A DNA stretch of 64,000 nt, from assembly GCA_963711835.1 (NCBI GenBank), contig CAVQFQ010000017.1:512001-576000 (forward strand), written 5' to 3'. A program made the translations under genes and the position numbers. Shown piece by piece: positions 30,332 through 39,692 of the stretch; positions within the stretch are counted from its first letter, which is position 1, and every line of letters starts with the position of its first letter. The DNA is from an uncultured delta proteobacterium (GTDB lineage: Bacteria > Desulfobacterota > RBG-13-43-22). The notes beneath the pieces were generated by a model. It worked only from the letters and a program-made list of their open reading frames with translations. It had not been told where the DNA came from and did not search any database.

Positions 30332-30502
30332 GAAATGGCCGTGCGCTGCGTCGATGAGGCCTTGCAGATGCACGGCGGTTATGGAACCATGGACGAGTAC
30401 AAGGTCCATAGACTCTATCGGGAGGCCAAGATACTGGAAATTTACGAAGGTACCAAGGAAATTGAAAAGACGATCGTGGCCCGCTCTCTTTTGGGCCTGT
30501 AA
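30332..30502 (+). pseudogene. 3-prime remnant of an acyl-CoA dehydrogenase gene
   Basis: EMAVRCVDEALQMHGGYGTMDEYKVHRLYREAKILEIYEGTKEIEKTIVARSLLGL*; upstream DNA is unrelated and AT-rich; not in the ORF track. Confidence 0.85.
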
Positions 30503-30544
30503 TCAGTTCCCATCCGGAAGAACCCCATTACCTTATTGACTGAG

Positions 30545-31288
30545 CTAAACCGTCGGAAGGCATTGGAGGTCTTGGGGGGTATCCACTTCGAAGGAGTCGA
30601 AGGGGGATTCAATGACCTGGACCGGATAGCCCTGTTCCAGGGCGCGGAGTTGCTCCAGCTTCTCGGCGGCCTCCCATCTTCCGGTAGGCCATTCAGAGAA
30701 GGTTTGCAGGAAATCCCGGCGATAGGCATAAAGGCCCAGGTGTTTGTAAAAGGCCGGGTCCGGATCGCCGTCCCGGTAAAGGGGAATGGCCGATCGTGAG
30801 AAGTATAACGCTTTGCCCGAGGCATCGAAGACTGTTTTCACATGCTTGGGGTCAGGGATTTCAGCCGGATCGGTAATGCGATAAATCAAGGTGCTCATTG
30901 GCCAGTGGGGATGGGCCCGATGGCGGGAGATTAATTCCGAGAGGGCTTCAATGGGGAAAAAAGGTTGATCCCCCTGGATGTTGATTACCAAGGTATCCGG
31001 AGCAAGCCCCAAGAGGCCGGCGGCCTCGGCCAGGCGGTCGGTTCCGGAGCGGTGATCGGGACGGGTCATGACGATCTGGGCCTTAAAGGCCAGAGCGGCC
31101 TCGGCAATGCGGAGATCGTCTGTAGCCACCACGACCTCGAGACTGTCCGGTATCCTTTTGGCCCGAAGGATGACCCGACCGATCATGGGCAGGCCATCAA
31201 TCAAGGCCAGGGGCTTGCCCGGAAAACGGCTCGATTCAAAGCGAGCCGGTATGATGATAACGGGTTTCAAGACGTTGCCTTTGTCCAC
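30545..31288 (-). CDS. kdsB: CMP-Kdo synthetase (3-deoxy-manno-octulosonate cytidylyltransferase)
   Basis: IIPARFESSRFPGKPL, HRSGTDR, NIQGDQP, LYFSR, EKLEQLR, VDTP; start 31288 (GTG) or 31270 (TTG). Confidence 0.93.
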   Translation of the reverse strand: MDKGNVLKPVIIIPARFESSRFPGKPLALIDGLPMIGRVILRAKRIPDSLEVVVATDDLRIAEAALAFKAQIVMTRPDHRSGTDRLAEAAGLLGLAPDTLVINIQGDQPFFPIEALSELISRHRAHPHWPMSTLIYRITDPAEIPDPKHVKTVFDASGKALYFSRSAIPLYRDGDPDPAFYKHLGLYAYRRDFLQTFSEWPTGRWEAAEKLEQLRALEQGYPVQVIESPFDSFEVDTPQDLQCLPTV

Positions 31289-31383
31289 CTCAACACTACA
31301 AAGGGCCCGGAGAAGGAATAGGTTTCGGCAAGGTAAAACTTTTTCCTTGGCATCCTTGGCGATGGTGCGGTGAATGGATTTTT

Positions 31384-32580
31384 CTAAAGGCCATTCGCCT
31401 GCTGAACCAGTTGCTCGGCCTTGGCAAAGACGGCGGCGTCCATGTTGACATTGATCGGCAAAACCAGCAGGCGGGACATTTTCTGGTCCGATTTGGACAG
31501 GGCCTCTCTGGGATAGGTGAGGTTGCGTCCCCCTTCGGCGCATTTGAAAGGCCAGCCGTTATGGCAGGCCGTCTTCCGTTCCAGCAGATGTTCCCAGTTG
31601 CGGTAATAATGCCAGGTATTTTGAAAGAAATAGACAAAACCAAGGCCGAGCTTGGCCCCCGCCTCTTTAACCGCCAGGGCCTTGGCTGCATCAGGAAGAA
31701 AGAAAGCCAGGAAGGTGGCCGTGTCTCCTTCCGGATCCGGGAGATCCCGAAATCGAAGGGCCTTGAGATTTGACAAAATGGTCTTCAGGCGGTTCTTGTT
31801 GGCTTTCTGTCGGGCTATCATAGCGTTCAATTTCGACAATTGGGCCAGACCCAAGGCCCCCTGGAGCTCCATCATACGGTAGTTGAAGCCGATAAAACTC
31901 CGGCCCTCCAGACCACGGTCGTTCCCGATGTGATCATGGCCGTGGTCGTGATACTCCGAGGCCCGGCGGAAAAGTTCAGGATCATCCATGATGAGCATCC
32001 CACCTTCGCCGGTAGTCAGGGTTTTCACCGAATCAAAGGAAAAGGTGCCGATGGCCCCGTAACTCCCCAGATATCTGCCGCGGATGTGGCCGCCGCAGGC
32101 CTGGGCCGTGTCCTCGATAACCGGCAGGTTGTGCCGATCGGCCACGGACATGATCTCCTCGATCCGGGCCTGGGCCCCGAGCATATGGACCGGGATGACG
32201 GCCCTTGTTTTGGGAGTAATTTTTTTCTCCAGATCCGCCGGATCCATATTCAGCGAGTCATCAATTTCGGTGAAAACCGGTATGGCCCCCACTTCAAGGA
32301 TGGCTTCCCAGGTGGCCACAAAGGTAAAGCAGGTTGTGATGACTTCATCACCGAAGCCGACCCCCAAGGCCCCCAGGGCCACCTTCAAGGCCGTGCTGCC
32401 GGAGGAAACAGCCAGGGCATGCTTCCGTCCGGTAAAGGCGGCAAACCGCTTCTCAAATTCTTCAACTTTGAAAATCCCCTTGCGCTGGGCTGGAAAACCG
32501 TAGCGGAAAAGTACCCCTGTTTCCAGGACCTCAAGGATTTCTTTCTTTTCTTCTTCACCAAGAACTTCATAGCCGGGCAT
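31384..32580 (-). CDS. kdnA: DegT/DnrJ aminotransferase, KdnA-like (8-amino-Kdo transaminase)
   Basis: MPGYE..G.EEK, SFDSVKT, DHGHDHIG.DRG, PDPEGD, WHY..NW.H as I recall them in Shewanella KdnA; adjacent to kdsB. Confidence 0.78.
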   Translation of the reverse strand: MPGYEVLGEEEKKEILEVLETGVLFRYGFPAQRKGIFKVEEFEKRFAAFTGRKHALAVSSGSTALKVALGALGVGFGDEVITTCFTFVATWEAILEVGAIPVFTEIDDSLNMDPADLEKKITPKTRAVIPVHMLGAQARIEEIMSVADRHNLPVIEDTAQACGGHIRGRYLGSYGAIGTFSFDSVKTLTTGEGGMLIMDDPELFRRASEYHDHGHDHIGNDRGLEGRSFIGFNYRMMELQGALGLAQLSKLNAMIARQKANKNRLKTILSNLKALRFRDLPDPEGDTATFLAFFLPDAAKALAVKEAGAKLGLGFVYFFQNTWHYYRNWEHLLERKTACHNGWPFKCAEGGRNLTYPREALSKSDQKMSRLLVLPINVNMDAAVFAKAEQLVQQANGL

Positions 32581-32688
32581 AATCGCGCTCTCCTTCTCCC
32601 TCCCACACACCTTTAATTTAGAGGAGGTTGGAGGATCATTTCCATTTAGGTTCCATTCGGAAATCGGAGATTTCCGGATCAATATAAT

Positions 32689-33846
32689 TTAAAACATTTT
32701 TTGATAGAGAGATACAATATCCTTTTCCGTGACGGGTCTGGGATTATTCTCAATAGGCCGGGTGACCTTCATGGCCGCCTGGGCCATAGGCCGGATGGCC
32801 TTCTGGGGAATACCCAGCTCCTTCAGATTGGTCGGGATGCCGATGGTGCGGGAAAGCCCGACGATGGTCTTAACGCAGTTCCTGGCACCCTGAGCAGCCG
32901 AGACCCGGGCGGTTGAACCGGTCAACAAGGCCCCCATACGGGCAAAGCGCTCTGGTGCCCAAACCCGATTGTAGTCCAGAACATAAGGCAGCAGCACGGC
33001 ATTGGCCAACCCGTGGGGAACGTTAAAAAAAGCCCCCAGAGGGTAGGCCATGGCATGGACTGCTCCAACACCGGCGTTGGCCAGAGCCATTCCTCCCAGG
33101 AGGCTTCCCAAGAGCATGTCCTGGCGAGCCTCCAGATCCTGCCCTTTTTTTACCGCCTTTTTCAGGGTTCGGCCTATTAAGGCAATAGCCTTCTCCGCCA
33201 CCAGATCGCTCAGGGGATTAGCCTTATTCGAGGTATAGGCCTCCATGGCATGGGTCAGGGCATCCATTCCGGTGGTGGCAGTCACCTCCGGCGGGAGACT
33301 TAAGGTCAGTTCAGGGTCCAGCAGGGCCACCGAGGGATAAAGAAATCGGCTGTTAATCCCGCCTTTGGTTTTAGTCGCCCGGTCGGTAAAAACCGCGGTA
33401 AAGGTCACTTCGCTCCCTGTCCCGGCGGTAGTCGGTATCATGATGGTCGGCAGACCAGGTCCGGGGACCCGGTCCAACCCGACATAATCTTTTACTTTCC
33501 CTCCGTTCAGGGCCAGCATGGCCACCGCTTTGGCCGTATCCAGGGTGCTTCCCCCTCCCAGACCGATCACCAGGGAACATTTTTTCCTCCGGGCCAGCCG
33601 GGCACCGGCTTCAGCCGAAGCCGGTGAGGGCTCGGGTTCAATCTGATCAAAGAAAATGGGTTTCAGACCGTTGGAATGGAGGTCCGCTAAAAGACGGGTC
33701 TTAAGAGAGGTTTTCGAAAAACAGGGATCGATCACTACCAGGGCCGGCCCCGGACCGTAGCGCAGGGCAATACCAGCCAACTGATTGAGGGTTCCGGAAC
33801 CGAAGACGACCTCCCCGGCACCTTGAAATGAAAAAATTGAATTCAT
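32689..33846 (-). CDS. iron-containing alcohol dehydrogenase
   Basis: GLGGGSTLD, PTTAGTGSE, DALTHAME, HAMAY, PHG. Confidence 0.93.
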   Translation of the reverse strand: MNSIFSFQGAGEVVFGSGTLNQLAGIALRYGPGPALVVIDPCFSKTSLKTRLLADLHSNGLKPIFFDQIEPEPSPASAEAGARLARRKKCSLVIGLGGGSTLDTAKAVAMLALNGGKVKDYVGLDRVPGPGLPTIMIPTTAGTGSEVTFTAVFTDRATKTKGGINSRFLYPSVALLDPELTLSLPPEVTATTGMDALTHAMEAYTSNKANPLSDLVAEKAIALIGRTLKKAVKKGQDLEARQDMLLGSLLGGMALANAGVGAVHAMAYPLGAFFNVPHGLANAVLLPYVLDYNRVWAPERFARMGALLTGSTARVSAAQGARNCVKTIVGLSRTIGIPTNLKELGIPQKAIRPMAQAAMKVTRPIENNPRPVTEKDIVSLYQKMF

Positions 33847-33898
33847 GTTATCTGTCCCTTTCTTTTAAGGCGCTAAACAATTCCCGCCAGGGTGATCA

Positions 33899-35467
33899 TC
33901 ACAACACTTTGAATCGCCGGGGTTCGATAGCGTACTTCTCAATTTTATAGTTGATGATGCGGGGGGTGATTTCCAGCTCTTGGGCCGCCCGGCTGCGGTT
34001 GCCGTTAACCTTTTTAAGGGCCTCGATGATCATTTCCTTTTCCACGGCTTCCACGGCCTGAATAAAAGAGAGCTTGGTCAGAGTGTCGGAGCTTTCCGCA
34101 GTCTGAAGCGTTGGTGGAAGATGGTGGGCCTTAATGGCTTCTCCTTCACAGATCAGGACGGCCCGTTCGAGGCAGTTTTGAAGTTCTCGAACATTTCCAG
34201 GCCAGTGGTATTGCATCAGCAGGTCAATGGCCGGGGTGGAGATGCGGCGGATGTTTTTACGGTTTTCTTTGTTGAACCGTTCCAAAAAAAACTCGGCCAG
34301 CAGCAGGATATCGGTCCGCCGTTCCCTGAGCGGAGGGAGGTAGATAGGGAAGACATTCAAACGGTAGTAAAGGTCTTCGCGAAACCTCTTTTCCTCGACG
34401 GCTTTCTCCAACTCCTGATGGGTGGCGGCGATAATCCGGACATCGGCCTGAAGGGATTGCCGGCCGCCCAGCCGTTCAAATTCTTTTTCCTGAATGACCC
34501 GCAACAACTTGGTCTGGATATTCGGGTTTAAATCCCCTATTTCGTCCAGAAACAGGGTACCGCCCTGGGCCCGTTCAAAGCGGCCCAATTTCAAGGAAGT
34601 GGCCCCGGTAAAGGCCCCTTTTTCGTAGCCGAACAATTCACTTTCCAACAAGGTTTCAGGCAGGGCGGCGCAGTTGATTTTAATATAGGGTTTGTGGGCC
34701 CGAAAACTCTGATAATGGATGGCGTTGGCCACCAGTTCTTTACCCGTTCCGCTTTCTCCCCGGAGCAGGACCGTGGCATTGCTTTTGGCCACCTTGTAAA
34801 TCATTTCAAAGACTTCCCGCATGGGGCGGCTGTTCCCGATGATGTTTTCGACCTGGTATTTTTCGGTCAATTCCTTTTTGAGACGGATATTCTCGTTTAA
34901 GAGTTCCTCCTTTTCCCGGGTCAGGTGCTGAACCTTCTTAACCGTTTCAGCAATCAGGGCGGTGATGATGGTCAAGAAACGCAGGTCCTCTTGTAAAGAA
35001 ACTTCATCCGAGAATAATCGATCTACACTCAGGGCCCCGATGGTGTTCCGGCCGATCTTGATGGGAACACAAATAAAGGAGATGTCCTGCTTATCCAGGT
35101 CCTTCCGGGATCGGGTACGGTTCAGGAAAAGAGGTTCTTCGCTTATCTTGGGAATAAGCGCCGGCTCCCCGGTCTGGACCACCCGGCCGGTTATGCCTTC
35201 TCCCAGAAGGTACTTCCCCCGTTTTTTGGCTTCCGGGGAGAGGTCATGGGCCACTTCAATATAAATTTCCGAGGTCGCCGGATTGAGGATGGTTAGAGTG
35301 GCCCGCCGCATGCCCATATGTTTTGAGAGGATCCGTAGGATCTCCTGCAGGGACTTGGTCAAGTCCAGGGAGGCGTTCAGGGTTTTGGCAATCTCATACA
35401 GGCAATAGACCTCCTGAACATATTGAGATTGGTTCATGGTTTTCAGTTTGGGGAATCGATCTTTCAA
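33899..35467 (-). CDS. sigma-54-dependent activator, GAF-AAA-HTH (NifA-like architecture)
   Basis: GEGITG GAF; GESGTGKE; ESELFG; GAFTGA; WPGNVREL; C-terminal HTH. Confidence 0.93.
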   Translation of the reverse strand: MKDRFPKLKTMNQSQYVQEVYCLYEIAKTLNASLDLTKSLQEILRILSKHMGMRRATLTILNPATSEIYIEVAHDLSPEAKKRGKYLLGEGITGRVVQTGEPALIPKISEEPLFLNRTRSRKDLDKQDISFICVPIKIGRNTIGALSVDRLFSDEVSLQEDLRFLTIITALIAETVKKVQHLTREKEELLNENIRLKKELTEKYQVENIIGNSRPMREVFEMIYKVAKSNATVLLRGESGTGKELVANAIHYQSFRAHKPYIKINCAALPETLLESELFGYEKGAFTGATSLKLGRFERAQGGTLFLDEIGDLNPNIQTKLLRVIQEKEFERLGGRQSLQADVRIIAATHQELEKAVEEKRFREDLYYRLNVFPIYLPPLRERRTDILLLAEFFLERFNKENRKNIRRISTPAIDLLMQYHWPGNVRELQNCLERAVLICEGEAIKAHHLPPTLQTAESSDTLTKLSFIQAVEAVEKEMIIEALKKVNGNRSRAAQELEITPRIINYKIEKYAIEPRRFKVL

Positions 35468-35625
35468 ACCTTCCTCCTGAATTAATCAGGTTATTGTAAC
35501 ACAGGGCCGGCTAATAAACAACATTTTTGTAATAACCACCCGGCCCCTGGCCATATTCTATTAGACCCGGAGATAAAATTTTGTTATTAAATAGAAAAAG
35601 CCGAAATTCGGAAGGGGGATTTTGT

Positions 35626-36273
35626 TTGCCGGGAAAAGATAGCCCTCTTTATGAAAAGACCTCGAGGATTCCGGGGATTATGCTAATGGCCGGTCGGTCG
35701 AGTCGGATGGGTTTTCCCAAGGCCTTGTTGCCCTTTGGGGATCAGCCCTTGTTGGCCGTTCTATTAGAAAGAATTTTGGAATCGGACTTGGAGCCGGTGA
35801 TTCTGGTCCTTGGACCCCATCCCCGAAAAATGCGTAAAGCTCTGGGACGGTTGCTGGGCCAGGCCAAGCTGAAGATCATCCGGAATCCGGACTACCACCA
35901 AGGCCTAAGCACTTCGATCCGGAAAGGGCTGACCCAGGTACCCCCTTGGGCCCGGGGAGTCATGTTCCTCATGGGAGACCAACCTCTGTTGACGGCTCCG
36001 GTGATCAACCGCTTAATTCGATCTTTTTTAAAGACGGCCGATGCGATTCTCGTACCTCATTACGGCCGGCGGCCCGGCAACCCGGTCCTCTTCCCCAAGG
36101 CCCTGATTCCTGAATTGAGGAAATTAAGCGGCGATACCGGGGGCCGGGAGGTGATCAAAAAATACCCGGACCGGATTCGAGCAGTGCCGATTCGACCCCA
36201 GCGCATCGGCTGGGATATGGATACCTGGGAAGACTACCAGCGGGCAAAGGGGTTTTTTTATGAAAAAAATTAA
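35626..36273 (+). CDS. molybdenum cofactor cytidylyltransferase (MocA-like)
   Basis: AGRSSRMG..KALL, NPDY..GLSTS, GDQP, GNPV, GDTGGR, DMDT; start uncertain. Confidence 0.85.
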   Translation: MPGKDSPLYEKTSRIPGIMLMAGRSSRMGFPKALLPFGDQPLLAVLLERILESDLEPVILVLGPHPRKMRKALGRLLGQAKLKIIRNPDYHQGLSTSIRKGLTQVPPWARGVMFLMGDQPLLTAPVINRLIRSFLKTADAILVPHYGRRPGNPVLFPKALIPELRKLSGDTGGREVIKKYPDRIRAVPIRPQRIGWDMDTWEDYQRAKGFFYEKN

Positions 36274-37282
36274 GGTTCAAAAAGCGGTCGGTATGGTCCT
36301 GGGTCATGATCTGACCCGGATTATCCCAGGCCGCTTTAAAGGGGTGGCCTTTAAAAAGGGTCATATCATCCAGCCGGATGATATTCCGGCCTTGTTGGAT
36401 TTAGGGAAGGAGTTCATCTTTGTTCTGGAAATGCCTCCGGGGCAGGTCCACGAAAATGAAGCGGCCGAGCGCCTGGCCCAGGGTCTGAAAGGGGATCATA
36501 TTTCCCTGCAAGGGCCCGCGGAAGGAAAGATCAGCTTAATAGCCGAAATTTCAGGACTCTTAAAAATTCAAGAAATCCCTTTGACTCAAATTAATTTAAT
36601 CCCTGAGATTATTGTTTCCAGCCTGCATACCAATACCGTTATTGAAGGCGGCGACGTGGTGGCCGCCACCCGGATTATCCCTTTGACGATCGCTGAAAAG
36701 AGGGTCATCCGAGCGGAAAAAATCAGCGCCCGGTCAGGCCCGGTGGTCTCGATAAAACCATTTCAAAAGAAAAAAGTCGGCGTCGTCGTTACCGGTTCGG
36801 AGGTTTTTCAGGGCCGGGTTCGAAACGGGTTCGATGAGTGGGTGGGGAAAAAGCTGACGGCCTACGGCTGTGAAATCAACCGCCAGACTACGGTTCCGGA
36901 CCGGGTCAACCGTATCGCAGGCGCTATCCGGGAAGACCTGGCCTCCGGCTGCGATCTGATCGTTACCACGGGCGGGATGTCCATAGACCCCGATGATGTG
37001 ACCCGAAAAGGGATCCGCCGGGCCGGGGCCAAAACCATATTCTACGGGACACCGGTCCTGCCGGGGGCCATGTTTCTCTATGCCCGGATCGGACCTATTC
37101 CGGTCCTGGGCCTGCCGGCCTGTGTTTTTTATCATAAAGTGACCATGTTTGATCTGATCCTGCCCTTGATCCTGGCCGGCGAGGAACCGAGCCGGAAAGA
37201 GATCGCTGCCATGGGGTATGGCGGCCTCTGTCGCAATTGCCGGGAGTGCCGTTATCCGATTTGTCCCTTCGGCAAAGGGTAA
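36260..37282 (+). CDS. molybdopterin-binding protein (MoeA C-domain-like)
   Basis: AVGMVLGHDLT, HENEAA, VTGSE, TGGMSIDPDD, GTPVLPG, C-terminal CxxCxxC...CPFGK. Confidence 0.85.
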   Translation: MKKIKVQKAVGMVLGHDLTRIIPGRFKGVAFKKGHIIQPDDIPALLDLGKEFIFVLEMPPGQVHENEAAERLAQGLKGDHISLQGPAEGKISLIAEISGLLKIQEIPLTQINLIPEIIVSSLHTNTVIEGGDVVAATRIIPLTIAEKRVIRAEKISARSGPVVSIKPFQKKKVGVVVTGSEVFQGRVRNGFDEWVGKKLTAYGCEINRQTTVPDRVNRIAGAIREDLASGCDLIVTTGGMSIDPDDVTRKGIRRAGAKTIFYGTPVLPGAMFLYARIGPIPVLGLPACVFYHKVTMFDLILPLILAGEEPSRKEIAAMGYGGLCRNCRECRYPICPFGKG

Positions 37283-37298
37283 GCAGTAGGACACGTTC

Positions 37299-38099
37299 AT
37301 GAAATTATCCAATCTGATCGTTCTGATCCGCGGAGCAGGGGAGATGGCCAGCGGCGTGGCCTGGCGGCTATACCAGAGCCGCTTCAAGGTCCTGCTGACC
37401 GAGGTTCCCCATCCCCTGGCTGTCCGCCGCGAGGTTTCCTTTTGCGAAGCGGTCTATGAGGGAAGAAAAAAGGTGGAAGGGGTGGAGGCTGTTCTAATCC
37501 ATTCACCCGATGAAATCGCAGGCGCCTGGGGGTCCCTTCAAATTCCCCTCTTGATCGATCCTGACCTTTCCTTCTCTCTGGCCGTACAACCCGATGTCCT
37601 GGTGGATGCCATTCTGGCGAAGAGGAACATAGGGACCCTGATCAAACAAGCGCCGCTGGTAATTGCCTTGGGGCCGGGATTTAAAGCCGGCAGAGATGCC
37701 CATCTGGTCATTGAAACGAACCGGGGGCATAACCTGGGGAGAATTATTACCGATGGCGAGGCGGAGGCCGATACCGGCGTGCCGGGTATTATCGGAGGCT
37801 ATTCGAAAGAGCGGGTCCTGCGGGCGCCCAGGCAGGGGACCGTCGAGGGACTGAAAAGGATCGGAGATCCGGTGGCCCAGGGTGAGATCGTCGCCCAGGT
37901 TAACGGTGGGCCTGTCCAGGCCGAGATTAAAGGTATTCTTCGGGGTCTTATCCGTGATGGTACTCCCGTACCAGCAGGGCTCAAGATCGGTGATATCGAT
38001 CCCCGTGGGAATCGGGAGTTTTGTTTCACTATTTCGGAAAAGGCCCGGGCCATCGCCGGTGGTGTTTTAGAGGGGATTCTTCGGGTTTTTAATAGATGA
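37299..38099 (+). CDS. yqeB: selenium-dependent molybdenum hydroxylase system protein
   Basis: IRGAGEMASG, VRR.VSF, DAILAKRN, IETNRGH, GLKIGDIDPR, SEKARAIAGGVL. Confidence 0.92.
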   Translation: MKLSNLIVLIRGAGEMASGVAWRLYQSRFKVLLTEVPHPLAVRREVSFCEAVYEGRKKVEGVEAVLIHSPDEIAGAWGSLQIPLLIDPDLSFSLAVQPDVLVDAILAKRNIGTLIKQAPLVIALGPGFKAGRDAHLVIETNRGHNLGRIITDGEAEADTGVPGIIGGYSKERVLRAPRQGTVEGLKRIGDPVAQGEIVAQVNGGPVQAEIKGILRGLIRDGTPVPAGLKIGDIDPRGNREFCFTISEKARAIAGGVLEGILRVFNR

Positions 38100-38905
38100 A
38101 GCCCATTTCAAAGTTCAAAATTGGACAACCGGTCCATTCCCTAATCGAAGCCTTTGATCTGAAAGATAGGGAACTGGTCAGCCTGGTCGGGGCCGGAGGT
38201 AAAACCACCCTGATGTTCGCCCTGGCCAAAGAACTGCAAGACCGGGGATCCAGGGTGGTAACCACGACAACGACCAAGATTTTTTACCCGACAGCGGAAG
38301 AAAGCCCGTCGGTGCTGCTGGGTGATGCCGGCTTACTACCCGAGATCGAATCCCGTTTGGCTCGGAGAGGCCAGGTTACCTGGGCTGCCAAACACCTTCC
38401 TGAAAATAAACTGGCCGGGATCTCCCTTCAGGATATATCCGCCCTCTGGTCCTCCGGCCTAACGGATTACCTTATTGTGGAAGCTGATGGCTCGGCCCGC
38501 CGGCCCCTGAAGGCCCCGAATGAAAGGGAACCGGTAGTCCCTTCTGATACCACCCTGTTTATTACCGTTGCCGGCCTTTCGGCCCTTGGGAAGCCCTTAA
38601 ATGAAAAATGGGCCTTCAGGCCGGAGATAATCAGCCGGTTGACAGGAATGGCCCTTGATGACCCTATTAAACCCGAAGGCTTGGCTTCCCTGATTAGTCA
38701 TCCCCAGGGGGGGCTGAAAGGATGGCTTCCGGGGATGCGGATCCTGGCTTTTTTAAACCAGGCGGATGATGGCCCGGCCTGGGAAGGAGGCCGGGCTTTG
38801 GCAAAAGAAATATTAGGTAACAACAATAAAATAGAGGGGGTAATCGTCAGCCGGTTAAAATCACTTATGCAAAAAGAAGTTTTGATTCTCGAGGTTATTG
38901 ACTAA
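38096..38905 (+). CDS. yqeC: selenium cofactor biosynthesis protein
   Basis: VGAGGKTT, TTTTKI, VEADGS.RRPLKAP...EP. Confidence 0.92.
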   Translation: MKPISKFKIGQPVHSLIEAFDLKDRELVSLVGAGGKTTLMFALAKELQDRGSRVVTTTTTKIFYPTAEESPSVLLGDAGLLPEIESRLARRGQVTWAAKHLPENKLAGISLQDISALWSSGLTDYLIVEADGSARRPLKAPNEREPVVPSDTTLFITVAGLSALGKPLNEKWAFRPEIISRLTGMALDDPIKPEGLASLISHPQGGLKGWLPGMRILAFLNQADDGPAWEGGRALAKEILGNNNKIEGVIVSRLKSLMQKEVLILEVID

Positions 38906-38918
38906 AAAGACACACCCC

Positions 38919-38960
38919 GGTCATCTTTCGGTAACATCAAGGGGGTACAGATTTGTAATA
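38919..38960 (+). promoter_or_regulatory. Pho box-like repeats upstream of phoB
   Basis: GGTCATC (38919) / GGTAACA (38930) and GGGTACA (38943) / TGTAATA (38954), each pair 11 bp apart. Confidence 0.5.
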
Positions 38961-38993
38961 AATGCATAGACAACAGCAAAATCGGGCGATACA

Positions 38994-39686
38994 ATGACGG
39001 AACTTATGGCCAAAGCCAAGATTTTGACCGTAGAGGACGACCCGGATATCCGGGAGCTGCTCCGTTTTAATCTGGAAAAAGCCGGGTATCAGGCTATTCT
39101 GGCCGACCAGGGCGAAAAGGCCCTGGAATTAGCCAAACGGCAGCACCCTGACCTTATCCTGCTGGATCTCCTGCTTCCGGTAATGAACGGGCTGGAAGTT
39201 TGCCGTCAGGTCAAAATGGATCCTATGCTGCAGCACATTCCCATCATCATGGTTACGGCCAAGGGCGAAGAGGTGGATCGGGTCGTGGGGCTGGAACTCG
39301 GGGCCGACGACTACGTCGTCAAACCCTTCAGCGTGCGGGAGGTCATGCTGCGCGTTCAGAAACTGCTGGAAAGAAAAGATAAGGCTCCGGCCGGATCCTG
39401 CCTGAAGGCCGAGGGCCTCTTAATGGACCTGGCCGCCCATACGGTTGCTGTTGACGGGCGGCTGATGGAGCTGACGGCCACGGAATTCAAGCTGCTTTCC
39501 CACCTGATGCACAATCGCGGCCGGGTCCAGACCCGGGATGTCCTCTTAGACAGGGTTTGGGGTTATACCTTTGAAGGCTATTCCCGGACGATTGATACCC
39601 ATATACGCCGGATACGAAAAAAATTGGGAGACCGGCAAAATTTAATTGAAACGGTCCGCGGCGTCGGCTACCGCTTTCAGGCCTGA
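38994..39686 (+). CDS. phoB: phosphate regulon response regulator (OmpR family)
   Basis: Receiver plus winged helix (RTIDTHIRRIR, ETVRGVGY); in the pst locus. Confidence 0.88.
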   Translation: MTELMAKAKILTVEDDPDIRELLRFNLEKAGYQAILADQGEKALELAKRQHPDLILLDLLLPVMNGLEVCRQVKMDPMLQHIPIIMVTAKGEEVDRVVGLELGADDYVVKPFSVREVMLRVQKLLERKDKAPAGSCLKAEGLLMDLAAHTVAVDGRLMELTATEFKLLSHLMHNRGRVQTRDVLLDRVWGYTFEGYSRTIDTHIRRIRKKLGDRQNLIETVRGVGYRFQA

Positions 39687-39692
39687 GTCCTT

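Noticed and set aside
32689-33846. Assigning the symbol kdnB
   Set aside because: The context fits but the sequence resembles generic Fe-ADHs; left unnamed pending phylogeny
33899-35467. nifA and nitrogen fixation
   Set aside because: The GAF-AAA-HTH architecture is common and no nif genes are in the window; I also found no sigma-54 site directly before the downstream ADH
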